From IMG/VR virus record IMGVR_UViG_3300028283_000235, positions 1 through 54,678 of that record: a stretch of DNA of 54,678 nucleotides; one strand, given 5' to 3'. The notes under the pieces are model-generated. The model did no database searches. It saw only the letters and a list, made by a program, of their open reading frames with translations, and was not told the DNA's origin. The translations under genes and the position numbers were made by a program. Of this stretch, positions 9,667 through 18,854 are shown in pieces. Position 1 is the first letter of the stretch. Each line of letters starts with the position of its first letter. This DNA is from a virus (Duplodnaviria > Caudoviricetes).

Positions 9667-10602
9667 TTAGATGTACGAAGCCTCTAAGAGATTGTCTATG
9701 GCTTTATAATTATTATCCCTATCGAAATAAGGAGGATTGTTTCTTTTATGATTACCAGCAACAATCATTCTTTCAACTTTATCAATGAGTTTCTCGTCAA
9801 TTTTTGCAGCCTTCACTTTAGATGTTTCTTTCATGTAATGACCGATATTCTGCCATTTAATATCACGCTTATCGTCAATTTTAACTATGTGTTTCTTAAA
9901 CATCCCTAAATTAGAGTTGTTCCCACCTGTGAAGTCTTCTCTAATAGTCAAATATTTATCAATATCATCGTATTTGAAACCAATTTCGTCTTCGTCAGTC
10001 TGATCAAACCATAGCCCAGCAGAAGGAGCCTTAGTGATAATCCTTTCAGGTACACCTAATTCTCTTGCTAATTCTCTAATTTCATATTTGAAAAAATCAG
10101 CAATAGGTTCGATATCAACCCCCGCTCCACCGTCACCAGCCTTGGTATAATAACCAAGGTACTCTTCTGTTTTATTAGTTGTCCCCAAAACAAGATAACC
10201 AAGTTCTTCGGCTAATGCCCTGAGTGTTACCATTCTAAGACGAGCTTTAATATTAGGAAGGACAAGTTTAGAAGAGTTGCCAACCATTGGTGTGATTTCT
10301 CCACCAAAAAGAACAGATGCTGTTCTACCTAAATTAATTGTATCTAAAGTTACACCAAATGCTTCGGCAACAAGTTTGGCGTCTTCTTCGTCTTCAACTC
10401 TTAACTGCTGACCTTCAGCAGCGCAGGGTAAAGCAAAACACCTAACATTTTCTTTACCAACAGCTTTGACCGCTAATCCTAAAGATACAGCAGAGTCAAT
10501 GCCACCAGATAGTCCGAGTACAAAACCTTTAAAACCTGTTTTTTCAACGTAACTTTTCAACCACATAGAAGTGATTTCGATATTTTCTTTAATGTTTTTC
10601 AT
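9667..10602 (-). CDS. nadE: NH3-dependent NAD+ synthetase
   Basis: GLSGGIDSA, NIKARLRM, GTTNKTE, YYTKAGDG, KAPSAGLW..QTDEDEIG; no glutaminase domain. Confidence 0.95.
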   Translation of the reverse strand: MKNIKENIEITSMWLKSYVEKTGFKGFVLGLSGGIDSAVSLGLAVKAVGKENVRCFALPCAAEGQQLRVEDEEDAKLVAEAFGVTLDTINLGRTASVLFGGEITPMVGNSSKLVLPNIKARLRMVTLRALAEELGYLVLGTTNKTEEYLGYYTKAGDGGAGVDIEPIADFFKYEIRELARELGVPERIITKAPSAGLWFDQTDEDEIGFKYDDIDKYLTIREDFTGGNNSNLGMFKKHIVKIDDKRDIKWQNIGHYMKETSKVKAAKIDEKLIDKVERMIVAGNHKRNNPPYFDRDNNYKAIDNLLEASYI

Positions 10603-10883
10603 AAATATTTCCTTCCTTTTTTAATCCATTTATAATCGTAATTTTCAACACTGCTGCTTTTTCCGTCTGTTGGTATTACTATTGTAATTGAATGTAAATA
10701 TTTTATACACTCGTACATTTGTATGTATTTTCCAAACCAAATGTATTCACCGATGCCCATCTTTGTTGGAAGATAAGCGTACTTTATAACTGATTTTTTG
10801 CTCCCTTCTGTGAGGTTCCCACACATTAGATTTGGATCAGCCTGCACAAATATTTCTTTAGATTTTTTCATGATATGTTTCAC
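10599..10883 (-). CDS. Hypothetical protein
   Basis: Co-oriented ORF overlapping both neighbours. Confidence 0.5.
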   Translation of the reverse strand: MKHIMKKSKEIFVQADPNLMCGNLTEGSKKSVIKYAYLPTKMGIGEYIWFGKYIQMYECIKYLHSITIVIPTDGKSSSVENYDYKWIKKGRKYL

Positions 10884-11373
10884 TTGTTTTAAAACTCCAA
10901 TTTTTATTAGGAATATTCTTTGTTTTCTTAAAGTATTTCAAAAACGGTTTCCAATCTTTCTCAGGTCTAAAACCAGCCTTATCTTCAAAATAAACATTAA
11001 AGTAAGGTTTCTTATCGTAACAACCAAAACATCCACTAGCTTCAGAAATTTCAGGGTTTTCATTAACATATTTAAAGTGAATTCCATCCATTTCAAACTG
11101 TTCCATATAACTCTTTATCTCATTAGGATAAGAAGAAGTATGAATAAACAAAACCATATCAGGACGATTCTTACTAATATACTGTAAGGTTTCCTTAGCG
11201 TAAGGATAATAATTGATTCTAAACTCTTCACCACTTTTTCTATAATCTGGTTTAGATATAACACCATGAATATCAAAGGCGTGATAAGTTTCATACCACT
11301 GTTTGTTAAAAGCGTGAGCAAACATTTTTTCAGTCCACTCGAGTAATGCTGGTTTATAAAATGGATTTCTCAT
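10858..11373 (-). CDS. HAD-like protein, distant paralogue of 6772-7389
   Basis: AFDIHGVI, FIHTS, VNENPE, KPYFNVYFEDKAG. Confidence 0.65.
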   Translation of the reverse strand: MRNPFYKPALLEWTEKMFAHAFNKQWYETYHAFDIHGVISKPDYRKSGEEFRINYYPYAKETLQYISKNRPDMVLFIHTSSYPNEIKSYMEQFEMDGIHFKYVNENPEISEASGCFGCYDKKPYFNVYFEDKAGFRPEKDWKPFLKYFKKTKNIPNKNWSFKTSETYHEKI

Positions 11374-11374
11374 A

Positions 11375-12550
11375 TTACGAAATTTTTAAAACTCTTTTTG
11401 CTAATTCAATAGTTTCTTTATCACCTGTATATTTACCAGGTTCGTCTGATAATTTAACACAGGGTACCCATTCACCATCAATTAAAACTGAGTCCATCTT
11501 TATTACAATATTCAAAGGTTTCACTCCAGGAATGTCGTTGGTAAACCAAGTTCCAATTCCATATGATGTATTAATTCTACCTCTAAAACAATTTTCAATT
11601 TTTAAAACTTTATCAAAATCAAGTGCGTCACTAAAAACAATAGTTTTAGATTTAATTACACTATCATCAATTCCTAATTTCTTATAATGTTCAATAACCT
11701 TTTCACCAAATTTAATAGGATCTCCACTATCGTGCCTCACTCCATCAAATGTTTTAGCAAAAAGTGTGTCGAAAGAATTGAAGAAAGATTCAGTTGTATA
11801 GGTATCAGATAAGGCTATACCTAAGTCTCCACCATATACTTTAACCCAATTCTGTAAGGCTATTTTGTTTGCCTCGTGGAAACCATATTTGGCTCCGTGA
11901 AACATAATCCATTCGTGTGCCATTGTACCAATGGCTTTTATACCGTATTTCAAAGCGAAATATACATTAGATGTACCTACAAAATTATCGCCCGCTGATA
12001 ACATAAGATGGTTAATAACAGCACTCTGGTTATCGTGTGAAAATCTACGACGAGTACCGAAGTCTGCAAACTTAATACCAAAAGTCTTAAAATCTTTACC
12101 TTTTTTAGTGTTGATTTCATATAATTGTTTAACGTCTTCTGGGTATTCCTGGCCAGTCATTCTATAATAAGTTTCGGAAATCATTGCAAGTAAAGGAACT
12201 TCCCAAAGGATTGTTCTAAACCAATATCCTTCAATTAAAATTTCCACATCACCACCTTTTTGTGTGATCTGAACTTCGTCTCCATCAAATTCGTAACCAC
12301 TAATATAGTCAATGTAAAAAGGAGATAAGAATCTGATTTTTTTAAGGTTATCTCTACCCGAGAACTTTTCACTGGTAATGAAGGCCAAATTGTCTATCTC
12401 TTTTCTGAGTTCAACTGCAAACCCTTCAGGGAACTGTGTTTTACCACGATTGATAAATTTATATCTCACTATTTCTTTAGGATATAAAGCAATGACGGCC
12501 TGCTGTTGCGTTAGCTTATATAAATCATTATCTAAAATTCCGTGTATCAT
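11375..12550 (-). CDS. pncB: Nicotinate phosphoribosyltransferase
   Basis: LDNDLYK, DFGTRRR, GTSNV, GTMAHEW, GVRHDSGDP, FSDALD, KLSDEPGK. Confidence 0.96.
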   Translation of the reverse strand: MIHGILDNDLYKLTQQQAVIALYPKEIVRYKFINRGKTQFPEGFAVELRKEIDNLAFITSEKFSGRDNLKKIRFLSPFYIDYISGYEFDGDEVQITQKGGDVEILIEGYWFRTILWEVPLLAMISETYYRMTGQEYPEDVKQLYEINTKKGKDFKTFGIKFADFGTRRRFSHDNQSAVINHLMLSAGDNFVGTSNVYFALKYGIKAIGTMAHEWIMFHGAKYGFHEANKIALQNWVKVYGGDLGIALSDTYTTESFFNSFDTLFAKTFDGVRHDSGDPIKFGEKVIEHYKKLGIDDSVIKSKTIVFSDALDFDKVLKIENCFRGRINTSYGIGTWFTNDIPGVKPLNIVIKMDSVLIDGEWVPCVKLSDEPGKYTGDKETIELAKRVLKIS

Positions 12551-12554
12551 AACA

Positions 12555-13205
12555 TTATATTTTAATTGTTTTAATATATTTCCAACCTTTATATTCTTTA
12601 TTTTCGTTTTTGATTAAATCTTTAAATGTGTTAATTGATATTTTTTGTTTTCTTGAAAATTTCACTATACCCTCCTTAGTTTCATATTCTCTTCCATCTG
12701 GTCCTTTAAATAAATATATTTTAACATATTTTCCGAGATTTTTACCAATCATGGAACTTTTCATTTTCTTTAATGTTTCTTCTGTGTGAGGATGTTCAAT
12801 TTTTCTTTTATCCCAAGCTTTAGATAAAGATTTTTTATGTACTTCTGATTTTGGTTTATTTTTAGAAGCATCACTCATTTTTTTTCTAGATTCATCAGTC
12901 CTTTTTTTACCAGTGTTTTTTAATACTATTTTATCAATAGTTTCTTGTGTTATTCCACTAAATCCATCCCCACCATATGATCTTCCAATTGAATTATAAA
13001 AAATTATATAGTGTTTTTCTTTATCATTTAACTCTTCGTAATTATTACATTCACATAATATACATTTATCAAAATTTTCTTTACCGTATTTTTTAATAGC
13101 TTGTTTAATAACTATTCCACTACCAAAATAATTTTTCTTATTTCTTGTATCTTTACCTATATAAATTTTACCATTTATTTTGTTTGTTATTTTATAAATT
13201 TCCAT
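12555..13205 (-). CDS. GIY-YIG homing endonuclease with NUMOD3 repeats
   Basis: EIYKITNKINGKIYIG, YFGSG, AIKKYGKENF, GKKRTDESRKKMS, HTEETLKKM. Confidence 0.9.
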   Translation of the reverse strand: MEIYKITNKINGKIYIGKDTRNKKNYFGSGIVIKQAIKKYGKENFDKCILCECNNYEELNDKEKHYIIFYNSIGRSYGGDGFSGITQETIDKIVLKNTGKKRTDESRKKMSDASKNKPKSEVHKKSLSKAWDKRKIEHPHTEETLKKMKSSMIGKNLGKYVKIYLFKGPDGREYETKEGIVKFSRKQKISINTFKDLIKNENKEYKGWKYIKTIKI

Positions 13206-13289
13206 ATAACTTTTTATTATTATATATTAAAAATAAAAAGTCATATTTATACAAATCGTTATCTATAACAATTTTTCTGTTTTGTTATA

Positions 13290-13386
13290 CAAATTTAACG
13301 CTTATTTTCATACCAAAAAAATAAAGGTACTGTTAGTTGTATAACTACTGAGGTTTTCTTTTTCACATTCATTTGGGGCAAATATA
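13290..13386 (-). promoter_or_regulatory. Two Bacteroidota-type -7 promoter boxes (TAnnTTTG) upstream of the NAD cluster
   Basis: TATATTTG at 13386-13379 and TAAATTTG at 13297-13290 in the intergenic gap. Confidence 0.55.
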
Positions 13387-13475
13387 AGAAAATTAAAACA
13401 ATAAAAAAAATTATTTATAAATATGTAACCTAATAGAGATACAAGCATCTAATATCTAAAATAAAAACATAAACT

Positions 13476-13718
13476 ATGAAAAGATTGTACAGAACACCTA
13501 AAGACCGTATCCTCGGTGGAGTTTGCGGGGGAATTGGAAAATACTTTGATATTGATCCAGTGATTGTTAGATTAATTTGGGCTTTATTCGGATTTGCTTT
13601 CGGATTTGCTTTCTTACTTTACATCATTGCTTGGATAATTATACCTAAAGAAACAATAGTTGTGATTACTCCTTGTTGTGAGACTAAAGATTGTGAAACA
13701 GAAGAAACTAAATCCTAA
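13476..13718 (+). CDS. pspC: PspC-domain membrane protein
   Basis: KRLYR...DRILGGVCGGIGKYFDIDPVIVRL...LYIIAWIIIP. Confidence 0.93.
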   Translation: MKRLYRTPKDRILGGVCGGIGKYFDIDPVIVRLIWALFGFAFGFAFLLYIIAWIIIPKETIVVITPCCETKDCETEETKS

Positions 13719-14380
13719 ACGTTTATAGGTTTTCCGAAAAGAATTTCCTTTACTTCAGTACCAACGTTTATAGTTCTTTTGTACCAGATATGTTCGGGGT
13801 CTAGGAAGATAGCATCTTTACCATATTCCCCGAATATTTCTTTTATTACATCAATATCATGAACCACAGGAGCATCATGCCTTAATAACATTTTACCCAC
13901 TTTACCACACGCCTCTATGAAATAACCAATAGTACTTAACAACTTAATCAAATGATCTATTAACGTTCCAGTACTATCTATTTTAGTTGTGTGTCCAAAT
14001 CCTGATATTTTTATACCGTATTTTGTTTTCTTTCCAAATATTACAGCGTCAGCGTAGGGATCGTTGTTATTCACATCTATCGCAGTCCAAAAATTGAGTT
14101 CCTGGTCTTGTACGACCTTATCTGGTGAGTTTATTCTGACGTGCCCACCAATATCATCATAGGCTAAATTAACTAGTGTGAAGAGGTTATTTTTGATAAG
14201 TGGTTTATTATTATTTACCAAGTACCACTTATGTTTTGAGTAAATATCATCGAATGCTTTTTTATCCGTGTTAAGAAGTTTATGACGTAATTCTTGATTC
14301 TGTCTGAATTCTCTGTACTCTGGTGGTCTAAACTCATCAGATTCGAATATTTTATATGAAGCTATATATCTGTTTTTCAT
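13715..14380 (-). CDS. Hypothetical protein, tandem paralogue A (probable internal head protein)
   Basis: Shares ELRHKLLN, NNLFTLVNLAYD.IGGH, FWTAID, DPYAD.VIFG, YGIK.SG.GH with the next gene; N-terminus YKIFES. Confidence 0.75.
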   Translation of the reverse strand: MKNRYIASYKIFESDEFRPPEYREFRQNQELRHKLLNTDKKAFDDIYSKHKWYLVNNNKPLIKNNLFTLVNLAYDDIGGHVRINSPDKVVQDQELNFWTAIDVNNNDPYADAVIFGKKTKYGIKISGFGHTTKIDSTGTLIDHLIKLLSTIGYFIEACGKVGKMLLRHDAPVVHDIDVIKEIFGEYGKDAIFLDPEHIWYKRTINVGTEVKEILFGKPINV

Positions 14381-15015
14381 ATAACTGGGCTCCCTAACAT
14401 TACTTTTTTAACTTTTTTACCGTGTTTAATTCTTTCGTACCATGTATTACTTTCATCGACGAAATGTGCGTCAGAATTTGGAAAAATCTTATTTATAATT
14501 TCAATATCTTGTACTACTGGTACATTTTTCCTTAAAGATACTACAGCAGGAACTCCTTCAACCTCAGCCCAATAACCTGGTTTCCTCAATAAGTCCATCA
14601 TGTGTCTCATTAGTTCTTCTTTTCCTCTGACTGATTCGTTATGACCAATTCCAGATAATTTTATACCATATTTATTTCTACCGAATATTACAACATCAGC
14701 GTAAGGATCGTCGTTTATATCTATTGCTGTCCAAAAAGTCATATCTTTATCTCTAACAACTTTGTCTGGATAATTTATTTTTGGATGTCCTCCAATACTA
14801 TCGTAGGCTAAATTTACAAGCGTGAAAAGATTATTTTTAACGTCTTTTCTATTACCTTCAATTGAATACCATTTGTGTTTTGAATATAATTCGTTAAATT
14901 TTTTCTTATCCATATTAAGGAGTTTGTGACGCAACTCTAGATTATCCTTAAAATTTCTATATTTAGGTAATCTAGAATCAGCCTCAAACACTTTATATTT
15001 CAATAGATATATCAA
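14377..15015 (-). CDS. Hypothetical protein, tandem paralogue B
   Basis: ORF 14377-15078; likely TTG start at 15015 overlapping the upstream TGA, giving an N-terminus that aligns with paralogue A. Confidence 0.7.
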   Translation of the reverse strand: MIYLLKYKVFEADSRLPKYRNFKDNLELRHKLLNMDKKKFNELYSKHKWYSIEGNRKDVKNNLFTLVNLAYDSIGGHPKINYPDKVVRDKDMTFWTAIDINDDPYADVVIFGRNKYGIKLSGIGHNESVRGKEELMRHMMDLLRKPGYWAEVEGVPAVVSLRKNVPVVQDIEIINKIFPNSDAHFVDESNTWYERIKHGKKVKKVMLGSPVI

Positions 15016-15935
15016 AGTTTGGCTCTTATTTTTTTGAATTCGTCTTCTTTTACAAGTAAAACTTTTGAATCTGTCCAACCTGGTTGATAACCACCACCGT
15101 GTACATTATTTACAGCAACAGCAGAATGCGGATGATAACATTCTTCAACACTCATAAGTTTAAAATCATTTTTCTTAGGACCAAAACAATAGTCTAAGAA
15201 TATTGGTAAATCTTTTTTCTCGTGTAATTCCATTTTATTTTTAAGAAAATTCAGAACTCTTGGAGTATCTACTTTACTCATCATACCAACATGTGAAAGA
15301 ACTGATACAGAACCATCTGTTTCCATTATTGGACCGTTTAGTTCTCTCAAACATTTTATAGTAGTATCTGGATCTGTGAAATCAAATTCTTTTTTAAAAA
15401 CATCTTCGTAAGCACCTTGTATGCTTTTACATAATGAAGTTGTTGGCATATCGAAAACGTGTTTTACGAATTTCATATATCTACCAATCATCTCAGGAGC
15501 GTTAGCGAGTCTAGCCTTATTATAAGGAACTATCACGTAATGATTATCCATCTCTGAAACCACACCAGATGATCTTGAGTACCAAAAATCTATGCTCCTG
15601 TACTTATCTGGAAAATTACCCCACGTTTTTGATTTATCTATAACGTGAAGAAGAATATAATTATGATACCTACCTTGTGGAAATCTCAATTCGTGTTTTG
15701 ATCCGTCAACTAACATCATTGATGGAACTTCTTCTTTAGTAAAGATACTTCTACTTAATTCAACTCTAGTAAGATCCCATTCACTACATTCTGTTTTAAG
15801 AAGGTGAATGAACTCATCTTCGTTCAATGGAGTATTGTATGATTTATAATCTAAATCATGTACTTCATTTATAAGATTGTAGGATTTATATTTCAGTATC
15901 ACCAGACATAAGATTTTTTTAATCTTTAAACCCAT
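15012..15935 (-). CDS. Hypothetical protein (probable internal head protein)
   Basis: 307-aa ORF; N-terminal ILKYKSYNLINE motif. Confidence 0.65.
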   Translation of the reverse strand: MGLKIKKILCLVILKYKSYNLINEVHDLDYKSYNTPLNEDEFIHLLKTECSEWDLTRVELSRSIFTKEEVPSMMLVDGSKHELRFPQGRYHNYILLHVIDKSKTWGNFPDKYRSIDFWYSRSSGVVSEMDNHYVIVPYNKARLANAPEMIGRYMKFVKHVFDMPTTSLCKSIQGAYEDVFKKEFDFTDPDTTIKCLRELNGPIMETDGSVSVLSHVGMMSKVDTPRVLNFLKNKMELHEKKDLPIFLDYCFGPKKNDFKLMSVEECYHPHSAVAVNNVHGGGYQPGWTDSKVLLVKEDEFKKIRAKL

Positions 15936-17382
15936 ATGTAACCTCAGTTTTGGTTTTTTTTGGGTCTTTACCTGGTACTTTTTTAGTATCTAAAGCTACT
16001 AATAAATCAATATCATAGTAATCGTCACCAACTTTACCAATAGTCTTATTGAGTTCAAATCTATGAGTTAGATCTGGTTTTTGTTTTTTGTTTCTATCGT
16101 GATAAACTTCCACAGCGTATTTTTTCCAAATCCAAGTATTAAGCAATTTTGAAAATTCACAATCTTCCTTAGCGTACCATTTTTTAGTATAAGGTAAATC
16201 TGAATAAACTATATGTGGAGAGTTAGGAAAAGCGTATTCATTATTATAAGATAACCTCACGGCGTCATTTGAAGCTATATAAGAATTATCATATTTACAC
16301 CAAGTCGCTCTACTTTCTGGTATATCTTGGTCGTTATACCCGTCATGTACCATAGGATCATAATCCTCATCACCATTACCCCAACCATTATATTCTTCAT
16401 AGTGTCCTTCTGTATCTGTTAAAGTTATGTACTTGCCTTCACCCTTAGTGTGACTAGCCATCATTCCACTTTCTCTGTAAAAATATCTTAATGTATCAAC
16501 GTAAGGATATAAATTGAAATTAACGTCTTTCAATATGACTTCGAGTTCCATTTCTTTTGATCCTTCACCAGGCACAATTATATGTGTACCTCCATATTTT
16601 TGCTCGTTTTTATATAACCACCCTTGTCTTTTTGCGTAATTCGTGAATAACATTTCATCATCATCATTGTTTGTATAAACCCTATCCATAAAAATAGCGT
16701 CCTTTGGTTTTGATAATTTCCAAACAATAGCCCTTCCTCTAATTTTATCCCCATCTTTATTCTTGAGGACCAACATTTTACATTCTCCTGGGTTATTTTT
16801 ATAACAATTTAGATAGCGACCAGCTTCTGGTCCGCTCATACAAGATGAGCCTAATGTTCCGTATTCTGAATCGTAATTTCTAGCGTCGTACCAATAAACT
16901 ATATCATCGCCTTCTACCATTTCAAAATTACCAGCTTCTTCTGATTCTTTTACTATTGATTTGAACTTTTTAGTGAATTTTTGAATAGAATCTTCACTAA
17001 ATTTCGGAAGTGTTTGACCAATGAATCTGGTGATTTTTTGTTTGGTTCTCATTTTCGAAGTCCAAAACTCTTCCAATGGCTTACCTTCTTTAGTAAGTCT
17101 TTCTATTCTAGATGATTGTAAAAAAGAAACATTTTCACCGTCGTTGTCCACGTCAACATAAGACAGGTCAAAAACTCTATCTGACGATGGTGATTCAAGT
17201 TCTAAAAGACGTTTAGAGATGTTGCTAGCTTTAATATTTTGTATAGCTATAAGTACATCTCTAAACTTATCTGATAGTATCATTTTTTGATCTGGCATTT
17301 TCACTTTTTTCTCGCCTTTTGCGGCTGGTTTAACTTCATCTGCCTCTTTGATCAAATATTGTTGATAATTTATTACACCCAT
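15919..17382 (-). CDS. Uncharacterised SCM-family protein 1
   Basis: GTLGSSCMS, GRAIVW, FMDRVY, YAKRQGW, YPYVDTL; C-terminal aromatic repeats. Confidence 0.8.
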   Translation of the reverse strand: MGVINYQQYLIKEADEVKPAAKGEKKVKMPDQKMILSDKFRDVLIAIQNIKASNISKRLLELESPSSDRVFDLSYVDVDNDGENVSFLQSSRIERLTKEGKPLEEFWTSKMRTKQKITRFIGQTLPKFSEDSIQKFTKKFKSIVKESEEAGNFEMVEGDDIVYWYDARNYDSEYGTLGSSCMSGPEAGRYLNCYKNNPGECKMLVLKNKDGDKIRGRAIVWKLSKPKDAIFMDRVYTNNDDDEMLFTNYAKRQGWLYKNEQKYGGTHIIVPGEGSKEMELEVILKDVNFNLYPYVDTLRYFYRESGMMASHTKGEGKYITLTDTEGHYEEYNGWGNGDEDYDPMVHDGYNDQDIPESRATWCKYDNSYIASNDAVRLSYNNEYAFPNSPHIVYSDLPYTKKWYAKEDCEFSKLLNTWIWKKYAVEVYHDRNKKQKPDLTHRFELNKTIGKVGDDYYDIDLLVALDTKKVPGKDPKKTKTEVTYGFKD

Positions 17383-17399
17383 TTATAATTAGATATTTT

Positions 17400-18821
17400 T
17401 TAGAAAGTCATAGTCGCAACGTCAACTCTTAAATCTTTTTCTTTGTCTTTAAATGAAACCTTAACAATGATTCTATCTGGACGAATTCCTATAATTCTAC
17501 CTTCACCAAAAGTAGGATGTTTTACAAGTAATCCCTCTTTCAAGTCCTTCTCTGTTAATTTAGTAGTACCAATACCAGCTTTCATTTTAAATCCGTAAGT
17601 CAAGAACTTATCTGGTGGTACTATAAACTTACTATTAGTAGTAGTTAATATAGTAATTTTATCATCTATATTAGCCATAGTGCCAAAGAGTTCACCGCTC
17701 TTACTGTAAACTTCAAGATCCTTCTTGATGTCGTTCATATCGATTGGTTTCAAAGAACCACCAGCTCCAGCAACTTCTTTTTTCTTAACCTTTGCTGGAT
17801 CGAAATCTGGGGTGGTGTAGAACCCAACGTATTCAACCCAAATAGCGTCTTTCTTTTCACACCATTGTTTATCGTATTCACACCATTGTGCTTCGGCTGT
17901 TTTAATTTGATTACCGAGATAATCGTTAACAAATTCGGCGTTTCCAATTGCACCAGGTCCAACTGCGGTAGCTTTGGTTGTAGGTGTAGCGTAACCGCCA
18001 CCTTCCCACCATCTATCGTTATCCCATTCTGAACCGTGATATTTACTACTTCTTGAGTAAGATGAGTAAGAGTGCTCAACTTTAGTTTGATCTCTTTTAG
18101 TTGGTAATGTTTCCCAATCAACTTTAACACAAGCCTCAGCAAGCTTTGCTAAGAAAGCTATATTTTGTTCTTCTCTAACTGAGTGTTGATCTTTATAACC
18201 AACTGATAAATTTGTACATTCTGAAAAGATACCAGCCAAATGATGTGAGTCAGTCACAGCTCCAGTAGGATCTTTCTTATATTTAAAACCACCCGCATCA
18301 TTTAATCTTTTTGCCAATTCGTCACCAAACTCGTCCGAACAACATCTTTCACCACATTGGAATGTAATAACACTATCGTCATCTCTACGGTCTAGGGATA
18401 CAACCTTAGTAATTTTTTTATATAGTTCGTCTTCTTTATTGCTTTCTAGATGTCTTTTCAAAGCGTTAGAACCAACACAACCGTGCTCTTCATTTAAGAA
18501 GAAATAGTACAATCCAACTTTCCCTTTTTCTATCATGTGTATCATAATAGTAGTTCCAGCTTTATCGTCAGCACCGAGTATTGTTTTTCCGTCAGTTTCG
18601 ATTATATCACCTTTAATGACGTGGGTTACTTCTTTTGGTTGACCACTATCTGCTGTATCTATGTGACTAGTAAACATCGTTGTAGGATCACCAATTTTTA
18701 TGTAATAGTTACCATGAAAATCTTTCTTCCACCCTTTAGGGAAGTAATTTTCCATCAACTTTTCATGACCGTTTGGCATCGTTGATTTGGTTAACTTTAA
18801 AAATAGGTCTTTAATTGACAT
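17400..18821 (-). CDS. M28/M20-clan Zn peptidase with C-terminal accessory domains
   Basis: SHIDT, LGADDKAG, NEEHGCVGS, LDRR, ECTNLSVGY..QH; C-terminal GLLVKHPTFGEGRI (Tudor/SH3-like). Confidence 0.85.
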   Translation of the reverse strand: MSIKDLFLKLTKSTMPNGHEKLMENYFPKGWKKDFHGNYYIKIGDPTTMFTSHIDTADSGQPKEVTHVIKGDIIETDGKTILGADDKAGTTIMIHMIEKGKVGLYYFFLNEEHGCVGSNALKRHLESNKEDELYKKITKVVSLDRRDDDSVITFQCGERCCSDEFGDELAKRLNDAGGFKYKKDPTGAVTDSHHLAGIFSECTNLSVGYKDQHSVREEQNIAFLAKLAEACVKVDWETLPTKRDQTKVEHSYSSYSRSSKYHGSEWDNDRWWEGGGYATPTTKATAVGPGAIGNAEFVNDYLGNQIKTAEAQWCEYDKQWCEKKDAIWVEYVGFYTTPDFDPAKVKKKEVAGAGGSLKPIDMNDIKKDLEVYSKSGELFGTMANIDDKITILTTTNSKFIVPPDKFLTYGFKMKAGIGTTKLTEKDLKEGLLVKHPTFGEGRIIGIRPDRIIVKVSFKDKEKDLRVDVATMTF

Positions 18822-18854
18822 CTTATTTTATATTATTTTTTGTTCAACTATATA

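Noticed and set aside
11375-12550. Nampt/NadV or NARP1 Namat
   Set aside because: Motifs (GTMAHEW, RHDSGDP, FSDALD, KLSD.PGK) and pairing with pncA and nadE fit PncB
3259-12550. Host chromosomal contamination
   Set aside because: The cluster is interleaved with phage-type endonucleases and small hypothetical genes, shares promoter motifs with the rest of the window and directly adjoins fibre genes; read coverage should still be checked
5301-13205. Group I introns housing the endonucleases
   Set aside because: Flanking nadR, pnuC and pncB are uninterrupted and the intergenic gaps are too short for an intron core
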